A stretch of DNA of 64,000 bases from an uncultured Actinomycetes bacterium. Its GTDB lineage: Bacteria > Actinomycetota > Acidimicrobiia > IMCC26256 > PALSA-610. The notes under the pieces were generated by a model. It searched no databases. It was not told the origin of the DNA and saw only the letters and a list, made by a program, of their open reading frames with translations. The stretch covers positions 147,287 through 211,286 of the forward strand of contig CAVXFO010000007.1 of assembly GCA_963761055.1 (NCBI GenBank), in the 5' to 3' direction. Position 1 is the first letter of the stretch, and each line of letters opens with the position of its first letter. Below are positions 20,547 to 31,572 of this stretch, in pieces. The position numbers and the translations under genes are program-made.

Positions 20547-20738
20547 GTGAATGACCGCGACGACGGTGACCCGAGTTATCGCGTGCGCCAGGCCACCGGA
20601 GTGATCTGCATCCAACTTGGATGCGACCTGGATGAGGCGACCGGGCGGTTGACGATCCTGGCTGCCGCGATCGGCGAGTCGTTGGACGACGCCGCGCTCG
20701 ACGTGCTCGACGGCATACTCCGCTTCGATCTCAACTGA
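20547..20738 (+). CDS. Stand-alone ANTAR domain protein
   Basis: VRQATGVICIQLGCDLDEATGRL...SLDDAALDVLDGILRF fits the actinobacterial ANTAR pattern; start uncertain. Confidence 0.7.
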   Translation: MNDRDDGDPSYRVRQATGVICIQLGCDLDEATGRLTILAAAIGESLDDAALDVLDGILRFDLN

Positions 20739-20875
20739 CCCACCCATACCGCTCGCGTCCGCCGCTACACCATGATGGGTTCGTCGGCCGTGTTCCCGCG
20801 TTGCGAGCGATCGGCTTTCAGCACGACGCAGTGATGTTACGCAGCGGTGATGCTGTTCGTCCTACCATCGCGCGC

Positions 20876-21175
20876 ATGGACGTGAACCTGATCAGCAAGT
20901 ATCCCGACTCGGTACATCAAGCCACCGGGATGGTGTCGGTGCAAGCGGACTGCGACATGCTCCGCGCTCTGGGCATCGTGCTAGGCGCATCCGTACGCCT
21001 CAATCGAAGCGTGGAAGAAACCGCGATTGCCGTCGTCGCCCGTGAGATCAATCTTCTGACGCTCGTGGCCGAACCTTCACCATTGATCCGTGGAGCGCCC
21101 CTCACTCGGCGAAGGCGCAGCAGACGTTGTCCGCACCCGTCGCCAGCGCGCCTCCGCTCGCATCTCAGTCTCTGA
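20876..21175 (+). CDS. Stand-alone ANTAR domain protein
   Basis: VHQATGMVSVQADCDMLRAL...SVEETAIAVVAREI; ATG 7 nt after TACCAT. Confidence 0.7.
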   Translation: MDVNLISKYPDSVHQATGMVSVQADCDMLRALGIVLGASVRLNRSVEETAIAVVAREINLLTLVAEPSPLIRGAPLTRRRRSRRCPHPSPARLRSHLSL

Positions 21176-21379
21176 ATGCGGACGCTATGACTGCATCGCT
21201 ATGCGTTCGCCGGGATGGCGCTCTCAGGCCGCGATAACCGGGATATCCGCGCGGTGAGTTGTCGGACCACCAGGATAACCCTGTGCTCTGGCTGGCGACG
21301 GGAGCTGGATTGGCCGCGTACCGGACGACTGCGTATGCCGATTCCGCAATGCCTCCATGGCGTTGCTGCAGGCTTGGGC

Positions 21380-21620
21380 CGAGATGCCCAGTTCGGTTCC
21401 GATGCGCCATCGGGTGACGACTCGGACCTCTCGAACCGCGCGGCGAGTTCGTCGGCGTGGTCGAGGATGTCCAGCATCGATCGGGGCATGACGGTCACCT
21501 CAGGAGCTTGGTGCGGGGAGGCATGGCATGAACGATGAACTCCACACCCTCAGCGCTCGCGAGCCCTCGAGGAGTTGGCCCGCGAGTCGGCGCCGATCAG
21601 CATCGTGACGGCATCGAACG
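21380..21620 (-). pseudogene. Degraded two-gene toxin-antitoxin-like module
   Basis: MLIGADSRAN(LLE)...IVHAMPPRTKLLR* (stop 21495) followed 5 nt later by MPRSMLDILDHADELAARFE (start 21489); resembles a gene pair I recall from actinobacterial islands. Confidence 0.5.
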
Positions 21621-21789
21621 CGAACGAACCGCTGCACCAAGGTATGCACCGACCTTCTGCACCGACCGTCGCGAACGTCCAACGCGAGCCGACTGGCGTC
21701 GATCCCAAGTTCTTGTCGCGATGCCAGGGCCGAGCGTGCCATTCCTTCTTGAACCAAGACGGTGCGTGCGGACGTGCCTGACCGGCACG

Positions 21790-22180
21790 GAAGCGCCGCC
21801 GCGCGAGCGCTCGCAGACGTTCGCGACCAAGTCGGCTGCGCGGCAGTGGCTCGCGTCCGTCGAGACATCAAAGGCGCGAGACGAATGGATCGACCCGAAG
21901 CTCGGGAAGAAGCCTTGCGGCGCGTACATCGATTCTTGGGTCGAGACGAAAGCGGATGTCGACGCGTCAACGAAGCTCAACATCGAGGACCGGATCAGGA
22001 AGCACATCCGCCCCTTCTTCGAGGAGATGGCCGTGAGCCCCGTTCGACCGGCCGACGCTCGCACCTTCGTCGGCGGCCCCGTCGGAGCTGGACTCGCGTT
22101 ACCAGCGATCGGTACGGCCACCTGTTCCCCGGCGCGCACGCGGCCATCGCCGAAGCGCTCGACGCGACGTACCGCGAAGC
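21790..22180 (+). pseudogene. Internally deleted tyrosine integrase (remnant 2)
   Basis: RERSQTFATKSAARQWL...WIDPKLG...KHIRPFF joined directly to the C-terminal DRYGHLFP; catalytic core absent. Confidence 0.88.
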
Positions 22181-22234
22181 TCCCGCGGCCCCGCCGCGGC
22201 CCTGCCTCGAAATCGCGCTTCTCCCGGACGCGCA

Positions 22235-22258
22235 TCAGCGGCCCCGAAGGGCCGCTGA
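22235..22258 (-). terminator. Hairpin downstream of tRNA-Gly
   Basis: TCAGCGGCCC-CGAA-GGGCCGCTGA, perfect 10-bp stem, UUCG loop on the minus strand. Confidence 0.75.
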
Positions 22259-22275
22259 CCTGCGTACTTTGCGAG

Positions 22276-22348
22276 AGCGGACGACGGGATTCGAACCCGC
22301 GACCCCAACCTTGGCAAGGTTGTGCTCTACCAGCTGAGCCACGTCCGC
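22276..22348 (-). tRNA. tRNA-Gly(GCC)
   Basis: GCGGACGTGGCTCAGCTGGTAGAGCA-CAACC-TTGCCAA-GGTTG...GGTTCGAATCCCGTCGTCCGCT. Confidence 0.97.
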
Positions 22349-22409
22349 GTAGGCCGACACTATACAAGGCTCACCGGCGGGCGACGCCGACGGCAACTAG
22401 CCTCCGGGC

Positions 22410-23313
22410 ATGAAAATCGGCATCTTCGGAGGCGATACCGCAGGTCGGCTGATCGACGACGTCGTGGCCGAGGCTCGGGCCGCAGAGGCTGACGGCTTCG
22501 CGTCGTACGCACTGCCGCAGATCTTCGCACTCGACGCGATGGGCGTTCTCGCAATCGTCGGGACGCGAGGTTCCCCGCCTCACTCTCCAGACCGGAGTGG
22601 TACCCACGTACGGCCGCCATCCGCTCACGATGGCGCAGCAGGCGCTCACCGTGCAGGCCGCGAGTGGCGGACGGTTCGTCCTCGGCATCGGCCTCTCGCA
22701 CCAGATGGTGATCGAGAACATGTTCGGCCTGTCGTTCGACAAGCCCGTCCGTCACATGCGCGAGTACCTCTCGGTGCTGATGCCGTTGATCCACGACGGC
22801 ACGGCGTCGTTCCAGGGCGAGACGATCTCGACCGAGGCGAGTCTCGGAATCGAACCCCGTCTCGCCTGCCCGGTGCTCGTCGCCGCGCTCGGCACCCAGA
22901 TGCTCCAGCTCGCGGGCGCGATGACCGACGGCACGGTCACGTGGATGACCGGGCCGGCGACCCTCGCGAACCACACCGTGCCGACGATTACCGCCGCGGC
23001 CGAGAAGGCGGGACGCCCAGCACCCCAGGTCGCTACGTCACTGCCGATCTGCGTGACGAACGACACCGACGCGGCCCGCGAGCGCGCGGCGAGCGACTTC
23101 CAGGTCTACGGCTTCCTGCCGTCGTACCGCGCGATGCTCGACCGCGAAGGCGCGGGCGGTCCCGCCGACGTCGCGATCGTCGGCGACGAGGTAACTGTCG
23201 GCAAGCAGGTCGCCGCGCTGGCCGAAGCAGGAGTCACCGAGTTCGTCGCCTCGATCTTCGGTTCCCGCGACGAGCGAGCCGAGACGCGCGCGCTCCTCAA
23301 GTCGATGTTGTGA
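22410..23313 (+). CDS. LLM-class, probably F420-dependent oxidoreductase (frameshift near 22565-22590)
   Basis: AEADGFAS, VVPTYGRHPLTMAQQA, GRFVLGIGLSH, VAALGTQML, LPSYRAMLDREG. Confidence 0.9.
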
Positions 23314-23352
23314 TCCGCGACCTCGTGAACAGGGCTTCATGAACGGGATCGT

Positions 23353-24041
23353 GTGAGCACCGAATCGCCGCGCTCACCGCTCGAGTTGCTCGAGGCGCTC
23401 GGCATCGAAGAGGTCGAGATCATGCCGGGACTCGCGCACCTCGAGATCTACACCATGCGCGGCCTCCTCACGATCCTCTGGCACGGTCCGCGTGACGCGG
23501 CCGACGTCGTCGTCATGAGCGGCGGTGGGATGGGTGGTCTGCTCGGACCGGCCGACGGCCTGTACCACGACCTTGGAGTGCACCTTGCCGAGGTGCACGA
23601 CATCGCCACGATGCGTGTCGGCTACCGCAAGCCCAACGACCTGTCGCGTTGCGTCCACGACGTCGCCGCCGCGGCCGATCTCGCGAGTCGCTCGGGTGCA
23701 CGCGGGTTCGTCGTCATGGGGCATTCGTTCGGGGGTGCGGTTGCGGTCCAGGCGGGCGCGGTCCTCGGGTCCCACTGCCGGGGGGTCGTCACCCTTTCGA
23801 CCCAGTCGGCGGGTTGCGAGCACGCGGCCGACCTCGGCACCACTCCCCTGCTGCTGCTGCACGGCACCGACGACGAGATACTCCCCGCGGAGACGAGCGC
23901 GGTTGTGCAGATGCTCGCCGGCCACGGCGAGGTCGTGTTGCTCCCCGGCGCCGGCCATCTCCTCACGCAAGCCGCGACGGAACTGCGCGAGCGGCTCTCG
24001 GCCTGGATCCCGGAACGGTTCGCGACCCGCGCGAGAACTAG
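23353..24041 (+). CDS. Alpha/beta hydrolase (3' end uncertain)
   Basis: GHSFGG nucleophile elbow, LLHGTDDEIL, GAGHLL; the listed ORF runs on into the convergent gene, probably because of an indel. Confidence 0.82.
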
Positions 24042-24972
24042 TCAGATCCCGGCGAGCCGGGCGACGATCGGCGCGAACTCGTCGACGTTGTCGTCGCCGA
24101 TCACGACGTACGACAGGCCCCATTCCTCGCGACGCCGGTACAGCTGCTCCGAGATCTCGTCCTCGGTGCCGACCAGTGCCGCCCCCGACTCGAGTGCCGC
24201 TTCGGGCGAGACGCCGAACGTCGGGGCCAGGGCCTCGGCGAGCGTCATGCGGTCGGGGCGCACGCTCGTGATGAAGAAGCGCATCTGGATCTCGATGTCG
24301 TCGATGCGTGCACCGGCGGCCTCCCGGATCCACTTCACCTTGAGGTCGGTCTGCTCCCGCAGCGAGTCCTTGGCCGCGTCGAGCCCGATCTCGCCGGCGC
24401 GGAGGTTCGGGTTGATGCCGACGATGTCGGCATCCCGCGCCGCGATGGAGAGCACCCGCTTCCCGCCGCCGCCGATGAGCAACGGCGGGCCGGGCTGCTG
24501 CACCGGCTTGGGCCACGACGCGTAGTCGGTGAGGCGATAGTGCTCACCGTGGTACGTGAACCGCTCGCCGGTGAAGCACTGCTTCACGATGTGCAACGCC
24601 TCCTCGAACCGGTCGACGCGCACCGCCGGCGGGTCGTACGGCAGGCCGAGTTGGTCGTAGTCGCTGCGCATCCAGCCCGCGCCGAGTCCGAACTCGAACC
24701 GGCCGTCGCACAGCAGGTCGATGGTCGCGGCCTCCTTGGCGAGGATCGCCGGGTGCTTGTAGTCGTTGTCGAACACGAGCGAACCGACCCGCAGCGTCGT
24801 CGTGTGCGCGGCCGCCATCGCGATCGGCGGGAAGCGGAGCCAGCTCCTGACCAAAATGGTCGGGCATGAACAACGTGGAGTAGCCGAGGTCTTCGAGCTT
24901 GCGGGCCTTGTCGCGCCACTCCGACGCGGAACCCACCTGCGAGACCTGGACGCCGAACCGGAATGGGCGCAT
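24042..24972 (-). CDS. LLM-class F420-dependent oxidoreductase (frameshift near 24830)
   Basis: MRPFRFGVQ, LGYSTLFMPDHF, NDYKHPAILAKE, GRFEFGLGAGW, LIGGGGKRVL. Confidence 0.9.
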
Positions 24973-24977
24973 GGTGC

Positions 24978-25917
24978 CTACTTTCCTGCGAGCCGCGCGA
25001 CGATCGGTGCGAACGTGTCGATCGCGGAGTCCTCGATGACGTGGTACGACATCTGCCAGCGTTCGCGCCGTTCTTCGAGCGAGGCGACGATGTCGTCCTC
25101 GCTCCCGACGAGGCACGGCGGAGCGACGCGGGCCTCTTCGACGGTCACGCCGAACGCGTTCGCAATCCCTTGGAGCATGCTCCGGGTGTCGTCCGACACA
25201 TGCACGAAGCCCACCAACGCCTGTAGCTCGAGGTCGTCGTAGCGATCGCCGGCCGCGTCGCGCACCCACTGGACCTTCTGGTCGGTGGCGGCAGGAGTCA
25301 TCGACTGGGCCACCTCGGGCGCTGCGTCGGTACCCGCGCGGAGGTTCGCATTGATGCCGACGATCTGAGCCTCGCGTCGCCGCGAGCGCGAGAATCTTCG
25401 GCGCGCCTCCTCCGACGAAGAAGGGGACCGGCTGTTGCACCGGCTTCGGCATCCCGTCGAGCTCGGTGATTTGGTAGTGCTCGCCGTGGAACGTGAACGG
25501 GCCCGACGCGAAGAGACCCTTGATCACCGTGATCGCCTCTGCGAGCCGGGCGATACGCACGCCCGGGCGGTCGAGCCGGATACCGGCCTTCTCGTAGTCG
25601 ACCGTCATCCAACCTGCGCCGATGCCGAGCTCCACCCGACCGTCGGAGAGGAGATCGAGAGACGCGAACTCGCGCGCTACGACGACCGGGTGCTTGTAGT
25701 CGTTGCCGACGACGAAGCTCCCGACCCGCAACGTGTCGGTAACCGCGGCGGCATGCGCCAGCGCGACCATCGGCGCAAGGTCGTGGTCGACGAAGTGGTC
25801 GGGCACGAAGAGGGTCGAGTACCCGAGCGTCTCGGCCTTGCGCGCGAGCGCGGTGAAGTCCTTGCGAGACCGACCTTTGCTGCAGGCGATGCCGAAACGA
25901 AATCTGCGATCGTGCAT
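24978..25917 (-). CDS. LLM-class F420-dependent oxidoreductase, tandem paralog (frameshift near 25372)
   Basis: RRFRFGI, LGYSTLFVPDHF, NDYKHPVVVARE, GRVELGIGAGW. Confidence 0.9.
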
Positions 25918-25969
25918 CGGGCGACCCTACAAGAGGTCGCCTCCAATCCACTCTTGACCCGACTGATCG

Positions 25970-26413
25970 TCACCGCGTGCCGGTCGATCCCCAACCGCCG
26001 GTGCCCCGGGCCGAGTCGTCGAGCGAATCGACCGCCTCCCACGCGACGTCCTCCACCCGTTGGATGACCAGCTGCGCGATGCGATCGCCGCGGAGCACTT
26101 CGAACGGTGTCGAGGGATCGAGGTTGACGAGCAGCACTCTTATCTCGTCGCGATAGCCGGCGTCGATGAGGCCGGGGGTGTTCAGGCACGTCACGCCGTG
26201 GCGCAGCGCGAGACCGGAGCGCGGTTGCACGAAACCGGCATACCCGTTGGGTATCGCGATCGCGATACCGGTCGGCACCAGCGCGCGTCCGCCGCCGGGT
26301 TCGAGGCGCGCCGCGGCCCGGGCTGTCAGGTCGTAGCCCGCGTCGCCCTCGTGCCGGCGGGCCGGGACCGGGACGTCGGGATCGACCAGACGGAGTCGGA
26401 TGCTGAGCGGAAT
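25970..26413 (-). CDS. dut: dUTP diphosphatase
   Basis: GDAGYDL, VPTGIAI, PRSGLA, PGLIDAGYR, GDRIAQL, RGTGGWGSTG; first codon reads ATT as sequenced. Confidence 0.93.
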   Translation of the reverse strand: MPLSIRLRLVDPDVPVPARRHEGDAGYDLTARAAARLEPGGGRALVPTGIAIAIPNGYAGFVQPRSGLALRHGVTCLNTPGLIDAGYRDEIRVLLVNLDPSTPFEVLRGDRIAQLVIQRVEDVAWEAVDSLDDSARGTGGWGSTGTR

Positions 26414-26466
26414 GAGCGGAGGCTAGCCAGCGCCGGCCGCACCGACGACGACCGGGATCCTCGTGA

Positions 26467-27060
26467 TCACGACCGGTCCTGCAGATCGGAGAGCAGCTCG
26501 GCGTGCTGGTCCGGCCCGAGGAGCACGTCTTGGTCGTACTCCGGATGGTCGACAACGATGTGGACGGGCCCGCTCGCGAACATCTCGACCTCCGACGGCG
26601 TGAACCGGAACTTGAGGAAGTGCACCGCAGGCGTGATGTCGTCGCGGGTGAGCCGCGACTCGTCCGCCTCGGAGACCGTCCCGGGCACGCGCGCGCCGTC
26701 GGCCAGGACGATCGCAATATGACGTTCGATGCCGACGAGACGTGGGAGCCAGTCGCGCAGCGCGACCTCCGAGGTGAGCTCGATCATCAAGGTCGCCGAC
26801 AGCTCGTCGGTGTCGGGGATGAGTTGGTTGTAGGTCTCGACCTCGTGCGCGATCTGCTCGTCGCGCAACATCCGCTCGGCCCGCGCCATCTCCTGCACCT
26901 GCCACCGCATGGTCACGTTGTTCTCGAACACCATCGTCATGATCGGTCCGAGCGCGACCCTGCGTATCCGTTTGAGGTCGATGACGCGGCGGCGCAGACC
27001 GTCGCGTTCGCGCTCGTACGCACGCATGTCCATGATGTCGGCAACCGTGAGCTTCCTCAT
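26467..27060 (-). CDS. DUF3501 family protein
   Basis: [42 protein letters not shown]; downstream of rubrerythrin and the FeS oxidoreductase. Confidence 0.9.
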   Translation of the reverse strand: MRKLTVADIMDMRAYERERDGLRRRVIDLKRIRRVALGPIMTMVFENNVTMRWQVQEMARAERMLRDEQIAHEVETYNQLIPDTDELSATLMIELTSEVALRDWLPRLVGIERHIAIVLADGARVPGTVSEADESRLTRDDITPAVHFLKFRFTPSEVEMFASGPVHIVVDHPEYDQDVLLGPDQHAELLSDLQDRS

Positions 27061-28358
27061 GACTCCTCCTCCAGGCCGTACGCACGAGCGAGTACCTGCA
27101 ACGGGTGGATCGGTCGCCGGCCGCTGCCTTCTTGGATTGCGACGTTGGCGAGTTGACAGTCGCCGGCGACGAGCTCCGCCTTCGACTCACGCACGTTGTC
27201 CATCAGTGGCTTGGCGACGCGCCGCGCGAGTTCGACATTCTCCTTGCGCAGACCCCAGGTTCCGTCGATCGCGCTGCAGCGCTCGACCATCTGTAGCTTC
27301 GCACCCGTCAGCTGCATCAGCTGCGAGCTCCGGGGCCCGATCTGTTGGGCGCGGTAGTGACACGCCGCGTGCCAGACGATCGTCTCGTAGGTCTGCCCGC
27401 CGAAGTCGGTGTCGAGCTTCTCTTGTTTGTGCGCGTTCATCAGGAACTCGGAGGTGTCGAAGGTCGCGGACGCGACCTTCCTCGCCGCTTCGGTGCCGAG
27501 AAACGCCGGATACTCGTCCTTCAGGACGTACGCGCACGTCGGCTGCGGCACGACGATGGAACGCCCGGCCTCGACCACGGGGAGGAGTGTGTCGACGTTG
27601 CGTTGCGCGTGCTCGCGGAACTTCTCGGAGTCGCCGGCGTCGAGCCACGGCATGCCGCAGCAGACCTGACCGTCGGGCAGTTCGCACGTGAACCCGTTGC
27701 GTTCGAACACGGCGACCGCGGCCTTGCCGATGGCCGGTTCCTGGTACTCGACCAGACAGGTCGGGAACAGTGCGACCGGGCCTCGGTCGGGGGTCGCGTC
27801 GATCGTCGTGCGCGCGCGATCGCGGGACCGGAACCACTTGGAGAACCGGACCCGTTGAAACGTGGGCAGCAACCGGTCCCGGGCGATGCCGGTCACCTTC
27901 TCCATCGCAACACGCGCGGGGCCGAACTTCGCGGCGGCGTTCACCATCGGCGCGAACGTCGTCGCGACCATGCCCTGCTGGTCGGTTCGAGCGAGGAGGC
28001 GGGCCGACTTCGAGGCCTCGCCCCCGGCGGTCTGCACAACGAGCGAGCGGAGCATCAACTGGGGGAAGTCGACGCGCCACTCCTGTTGCTGATCGGGCGT
28101 GTAGGGGCAGATGACGTGGCAGAGCTTGCATTGGTAACACTCGTCGACGACCCGCTTGTGTTGCGCGTCGCTGAGGTTGTCGACCTCGTCCGTCCCGCCG
28201 CGGCCGTCGATCATCTCGAAGAGGCTGCGGAAACTCGGGCACAGTTTCACGCACACCCGGCAGTCGCTGCAGATGTGGAAGGTGCGATCTCGCTCCGCGC
28301 GCGTGGCCGCCGGATCGGACCAGGCCGGGTCGAGAGGGTCGTAGAGGTGTTGCGCCAT
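27057..28358 (-). CDS. Rubrerythrin-associated Fe-S oxidoreductase (GlpC/HdrD-like)
   Basis: [44 protein letters not shown]. Confidence 0.9.
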   Translation of the reverse strand: MAQHLYDPLDPAWSDPAATRAERDRTFHICSDCRVCVKLCPSFRSLFEMIDGRGGTDEVDNLSDAQHKRVVDECYQCKLCHVICPYTPDQQQEWRVDFPQLMLRSLVVQTAGGEASKSARLLARTDQQGMVATTFAPMVNAAAKFGPARVAMEKVTGIARDRLLPTFQRVRFSKWFRSRDRARTTIDATPDRGPVALFPTCLVEYQEPAIGKAAVAVFERNGFTCELPDGQVCCGMPWLDAGDSEKFREHAQRNVDTLLPVVEAGRSIVVPQPTCAYVLKDEYPAFLGTEAARKVASATFDTSEFLMNAHKQEKLDTDFGGQTYETIVWHAACHYRAQQIGPRSSQLMQLTGAKLQMVERCSAIDGTWGLRKENVELARRVAKPLMDNVRESKAELVAGDCQLANVAIQEGSGRRPIHPLQVLARAYGLEEES

Positions 28359-28412
28359 CGTCAGCTCGCGATCGCCCGGGAAACGGGCATCGGGGAAATC
28401 GGGCTCGACGAG

Positions 28413-28445
28413 TGCGGCCCCGGGGACCGTTCCCCAGGGCCGCAG
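28413..28445. terminator. Intergenic hairpin after rubrerythrin
   Basis: tgcggccccgggga-ccgt-tccccagggccgca, near-perfect stem; second hairpin cgggtcgc-ga-gcgacccg near 28479-28496. Confidence 0.5.
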
Positions 28446-28501
28446 TCGTTCAATCGGATGCCGTACTTGCGTCTGTGGCGGGTCGCGAGCGACCCGTTCG
28501 T

Positions 28502-28921
28502 TCAGGAGACGCTTTCGAGGCCCTGCTGGAAGCGACCGGCGTGGCTCTTCTCGGCGCGGGCGAGCGTCTCGAGCCACTCCGCGATCTCTTCGAAGCCCTC
28601 GTCGTGGGCGGTACGCGCGAATCCCGGGTACATCTCGGTGTACTCGTACGTCTCACCGGCGACGGCCGACGCCAGGTTGTCGGACGTGGCGCCGACGGCA
28701 ACACCGGTGACGGGGTCGCCGACCTCGGCCAGGAAGTCGAAGTGGCCGAACGCGTGGCCCGTCTCACCTTCGGCGACCGAGCGGAACAGCGCGGCGACGT
28801 CAGGGAGTCCCTCGACGTCGGCCTTCTGCGCGAAATAGAGGTACCGGCGGTTCGCCTGGCTCTCTCCTGCGAACGCTTCCTTCAGGTTGTCGTGGGTCTT
28901 GCTTCCGCTCAGGTCGGGCAT
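28502..28921 (-). CDS. Short-chain rubrerythrin (no rubredoxin domain)
   Basis: [47 protein letters not shown]. Confidence 0.95.
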   Translation of the reverse strand: MPDLSGSKTHDNLKEAFAGESQANRRYLYFAQKADVEGLPDVAALFRSVAEGETGHAFGHFDFLAEVGDPVTGVAVGATSDNLASAVAGETYEYTEMYPGFARTAHDEGFEEIAEWLETLARAEKSHAGRFQQGLESVS

Positions 28922-28940
28922 CGATATGGCTCCTTGTTGG

Positions 28941-29366
28941 TCAGGTTCGATCGGAACAGTCGGCGCAATGGCCGCGGAAGATCACCTGGACGTCGTCGAT
29001 GGTGAAATCGCGGCGGTAGCGAGGGGGAACATGCAGGCCGGTGAAGTCGACCGGGAGGTCGCGCACCCGGCCGCAATGGGTGCACAAGAGATGGTGGTGG
29101 TCGTCCTCGACGTTGGGATCGACGCGGACGCTGCCGGTGCCGAGATCGAGCACGCGCACCTCGCCCAGCGCCTCGAGGTCGTGCACCGTCTGGTACACCG
29201 TCTTCAGCGAGATCGTCGGCATGTCGGCGCGGGCCCGGTCGAAGAGCGACTCGACCGTGGGATGGGAGGCGTTGCCTTCGAGCAGACGGAAGATCGCCTG
29301 GCGTTGCGGGGTAACCCGCAGCCCCTGCTCCCGAAAGATCGAGGTGAGTGTCTCCGTGTTCTTCAT
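28941..29366 (-). CDS. Fur/PerR family regulator
   Basis: RVTPQRQAI, SHPTVE, ISLKTVYQ, HHHLLCTHCG, GHCADC. Confidence 0.95.
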   Translation of the reverse strand: MKNTETLTSIFREQGLRVTPQRQAIFRLLEGNASHPTVESLFDRARADMPTISLKTVYQTVHDLEALGEVRVLDLGTGSVRVDPNVEDDHHHLLCTHCGRVRDLPVDFTGLHVPPRYRRDFTIDDVQVIFRGHCADCSDRT

Positions 29367-29381
29367 GACAGGACCATACTA

Positions 29382-29395
29382 ACAACAATTGTTGT
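29382..29395. promoter_or_regulatory. AT-rich palindrome, probable Fur/PerR operator
   Basis: ACAACAATTGTTGT, perfect 14-bp palindrome just upstream of the fur -10-like TATGGT. Confidence 0.65.
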
Positions 29396-29448
29396 CAACA
29401 AGCAAGGGAAGGCAGGCGTGCGATCGCGGGGCGTGCGATATTGCCTCC

Positions 29449-30893
29449 GTGCTCCACATTGCCGAGATGCTCGCCAAGGCGGCACGGGTCGCACCCGACA
29501 CTGTGGCCGTGACCCTCGACGAAGACACCCTCACTTTCGCCGAGATCGACCAGCGTGCCAACCGCGTCGCGAACGGGCTGCGCGGGCTGTGGGTCGGGCG
29601 GGGCGATCGGGTGTTGTGGTGGGGCGACACGTCGCTCGACGTCGTACCGGTCTTCGCCGCACTGTCGAAGATCGGGGCGGTCTTCGCTCCGCTCAACGCG
29701 CGGGCCTCCGTCGAGGAGATCGCGCCGGTCGCCGAATACGCGCGGCGCGGCTGCTGCTCTGCGGCGCGTCCCATCTCGATGCGGGAGCCGAGCTCGCGGC
29801 CCGGGTCGACGTTCCGTTCACGCCCGAGATCCCGCCCGGTGCGGCCGAAGCCCCCGACCCGTCCGACCTCGACGAGCGCGACCCGCACGTCATCTTCTTC
29901 ACGAGTGGCAGCACCGGCCGGCCCAAAGGTGTGGTGCTCTCACACCGCGCAAACTGGCTGCGCACGTACGTCGGCGCGACCACCACACCCGGCGGCGCGG
30001 GGACTGTTTGCATGTTTCCGTTGTTCCACATGGCCGGTTGGACGATCGCACTCGGTGCTTGGCAGGGCCGCCGGCCCGTGCACTTGGTACGCACTCCCGA
30101 CGCGGCAACGCTGCTGCGCACCACGGAACGGCATCGCGCCGCTCGCCTCTACTGCATCCCCGCGGTCTGGTCCCGCATTCTCGAGCACGGCGTCGGCGGC
30201 TACGACCTGTCGAGTCTGGAAGAAGCCGATACCGGCACGTCGGCCACACCGCCCGAGTTGTTGCGCGCGATCAAGGAGGCACTCCCCCACACCCGCACCC
30301 GAGTCTTCTACGGGTCGACCGAGGCGGGACCCGGCGTTCAACTCGGCGACGTCGATCTCGAGCGCAAGCCCGGCAGTGTGGGCGTGGCCCAACCCGGCGT
30401 CGAGGTGAAGCTCACCGAGACGGGAGAGGTCGCCATGCGCAGCCCGTTCCTGATGGACGGCTACTTCGACGACGATGCTGCGACGGCGGAGGCGTTGCAG
30501 GGCGGCTGGTACCACACCGGCGACCTCGGGGCCTTCGACGACGACGGCTACCTCGCGATCGTCGGCCGGGCCCGCGACGTCATCCGCACCGGCGGCGAGA
30601 CGGTCGCGCCCCCCGAGGTCGAACAGGTACTCGGCGGACATCCGGCAATCGACGAGGTCGCGGTCGTCGGCGTTCCCGACCCACACTGGGGCGAGGTCGT
30701 CACGGCGGTCGTGGTCGTGCGGGCCGGCGCCGAGGCGCCCGCACTCGCCGAGATCCGAACCTTTTGCGAGGGACGACTCGCCGCGTTCAAGCAACCCCGC
30801 AGTCTCGCCATCGTCGACACCCTCCCTCGCACCGCCGCGACCGGCCAGGTCCAGCGCACCCTGATCGTCGAGCGCCTCCAGACCGAGTCCTGA
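29449..30893 (+). CDS. Acyl-CoA synthetase / AMP-binding enzyme (frameshift near 29745)
   Basis: FTSGSTGRPKG, PLFHMAG, FYGSTEAG, WYHTGDLG, GRARDVIRTGGE. Confidence 0.92.
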
Positions 30894-30951
30894 CTCGGAA
30901 CACTCCACCAACAGTTGTCGGAGATCTCCGCGGTGGAATAGTGTTCTGGAA

Positions 30952-31572
30952 GTGCAGAACATTGTTCCCGTCGAAGAGCGCCTGGCCGACGCATCCCTCG
31001 CCGAACGGCGTGGGCAATACGCGTCGGAGGTCCGCCGGCTGATCGACGGCGCGTTCGCGGTCATGCGCGCGACCGGCGACATCGACCCGCCGGTCCGCGA
31101 CATCGTCAAGGCCGCGGGTCTGTCGAACCAGGCGTTCTACCGACACTTCCCGTCGAAGGACGCCCTGCTCCTCGCGGTACTCGCCGACGGCCAGCGCCAG
31201 CTCGTCGACTACCTCGGCGCACGTGTCGCATCCACGACCGATCCCGAGCTCCAGGTCCGGCGTTGGATCGAGGGCATGTTCGCTCAGGCGCGCAACCGCG
31301 AGGCGGCGGAGGCGACCCGCCCGTTCGCGATCAACGGCGCCCGCCTCGCCGACCGCTACCCCGACGACCTCGCCGCGTCGCACGCGGCGCTCCTTGCGAC
31401 CCTCGTGCCGTCGATCGAAGCCCTCGGCGGTACCGAGCAGGACGGCGCGTTCGTCTGCGAGCTCGCACTGTCCCTCATGAACGACGCGATCATCCGTCGC
31501 CGTAACCCACAACCCCATGAGGTGCAGCGTCTCGTCGTGTTCTGCCTCGCAGGAGTCCGCCATGGAACGTGA
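30952..31572 (+). CDS. TetR family regulator
   Basis: VRDIVKAAGLSNQAFYRHFPSKDALL. Confidence 0.92.
   Translation: MQNIVPVEERLADASLAERRGQYASEVRRLIDGAFAVMRATGDIDPPVRDIVKAAGLSNQAFYRHFPSKDALLLAVLADGQRQLVDYLGARVASTTDPELQVRRWIEGMFAQARNREAAEATRPFAINGARLADRYPDDLAASHAALLATLVPSIEALGGTEQDGAFVCELALSLMNDAIIRRRNPQPHEVQRLVVFCLAGVRHGT

Larger units (their letters stand above)
18204..22319. mobile_element. Approx. 4.1-kb decayed integrative element at tRNA-Gly(GCC)
   Basis: Flanked by ~47-bp tRNA-derived direct repeats; integrase remnant inside; paired CCGCGGCCC repeats near both ends (18344-18363, 22183-22202). Confidence 0.85.

Noticed and set aside
26467-29366. Rubrerythrin-FeS oxidoreductase-DUF3501 cluster as a novel system
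   Set aside because: This triad is already a described conserved cluster; only its context is noted
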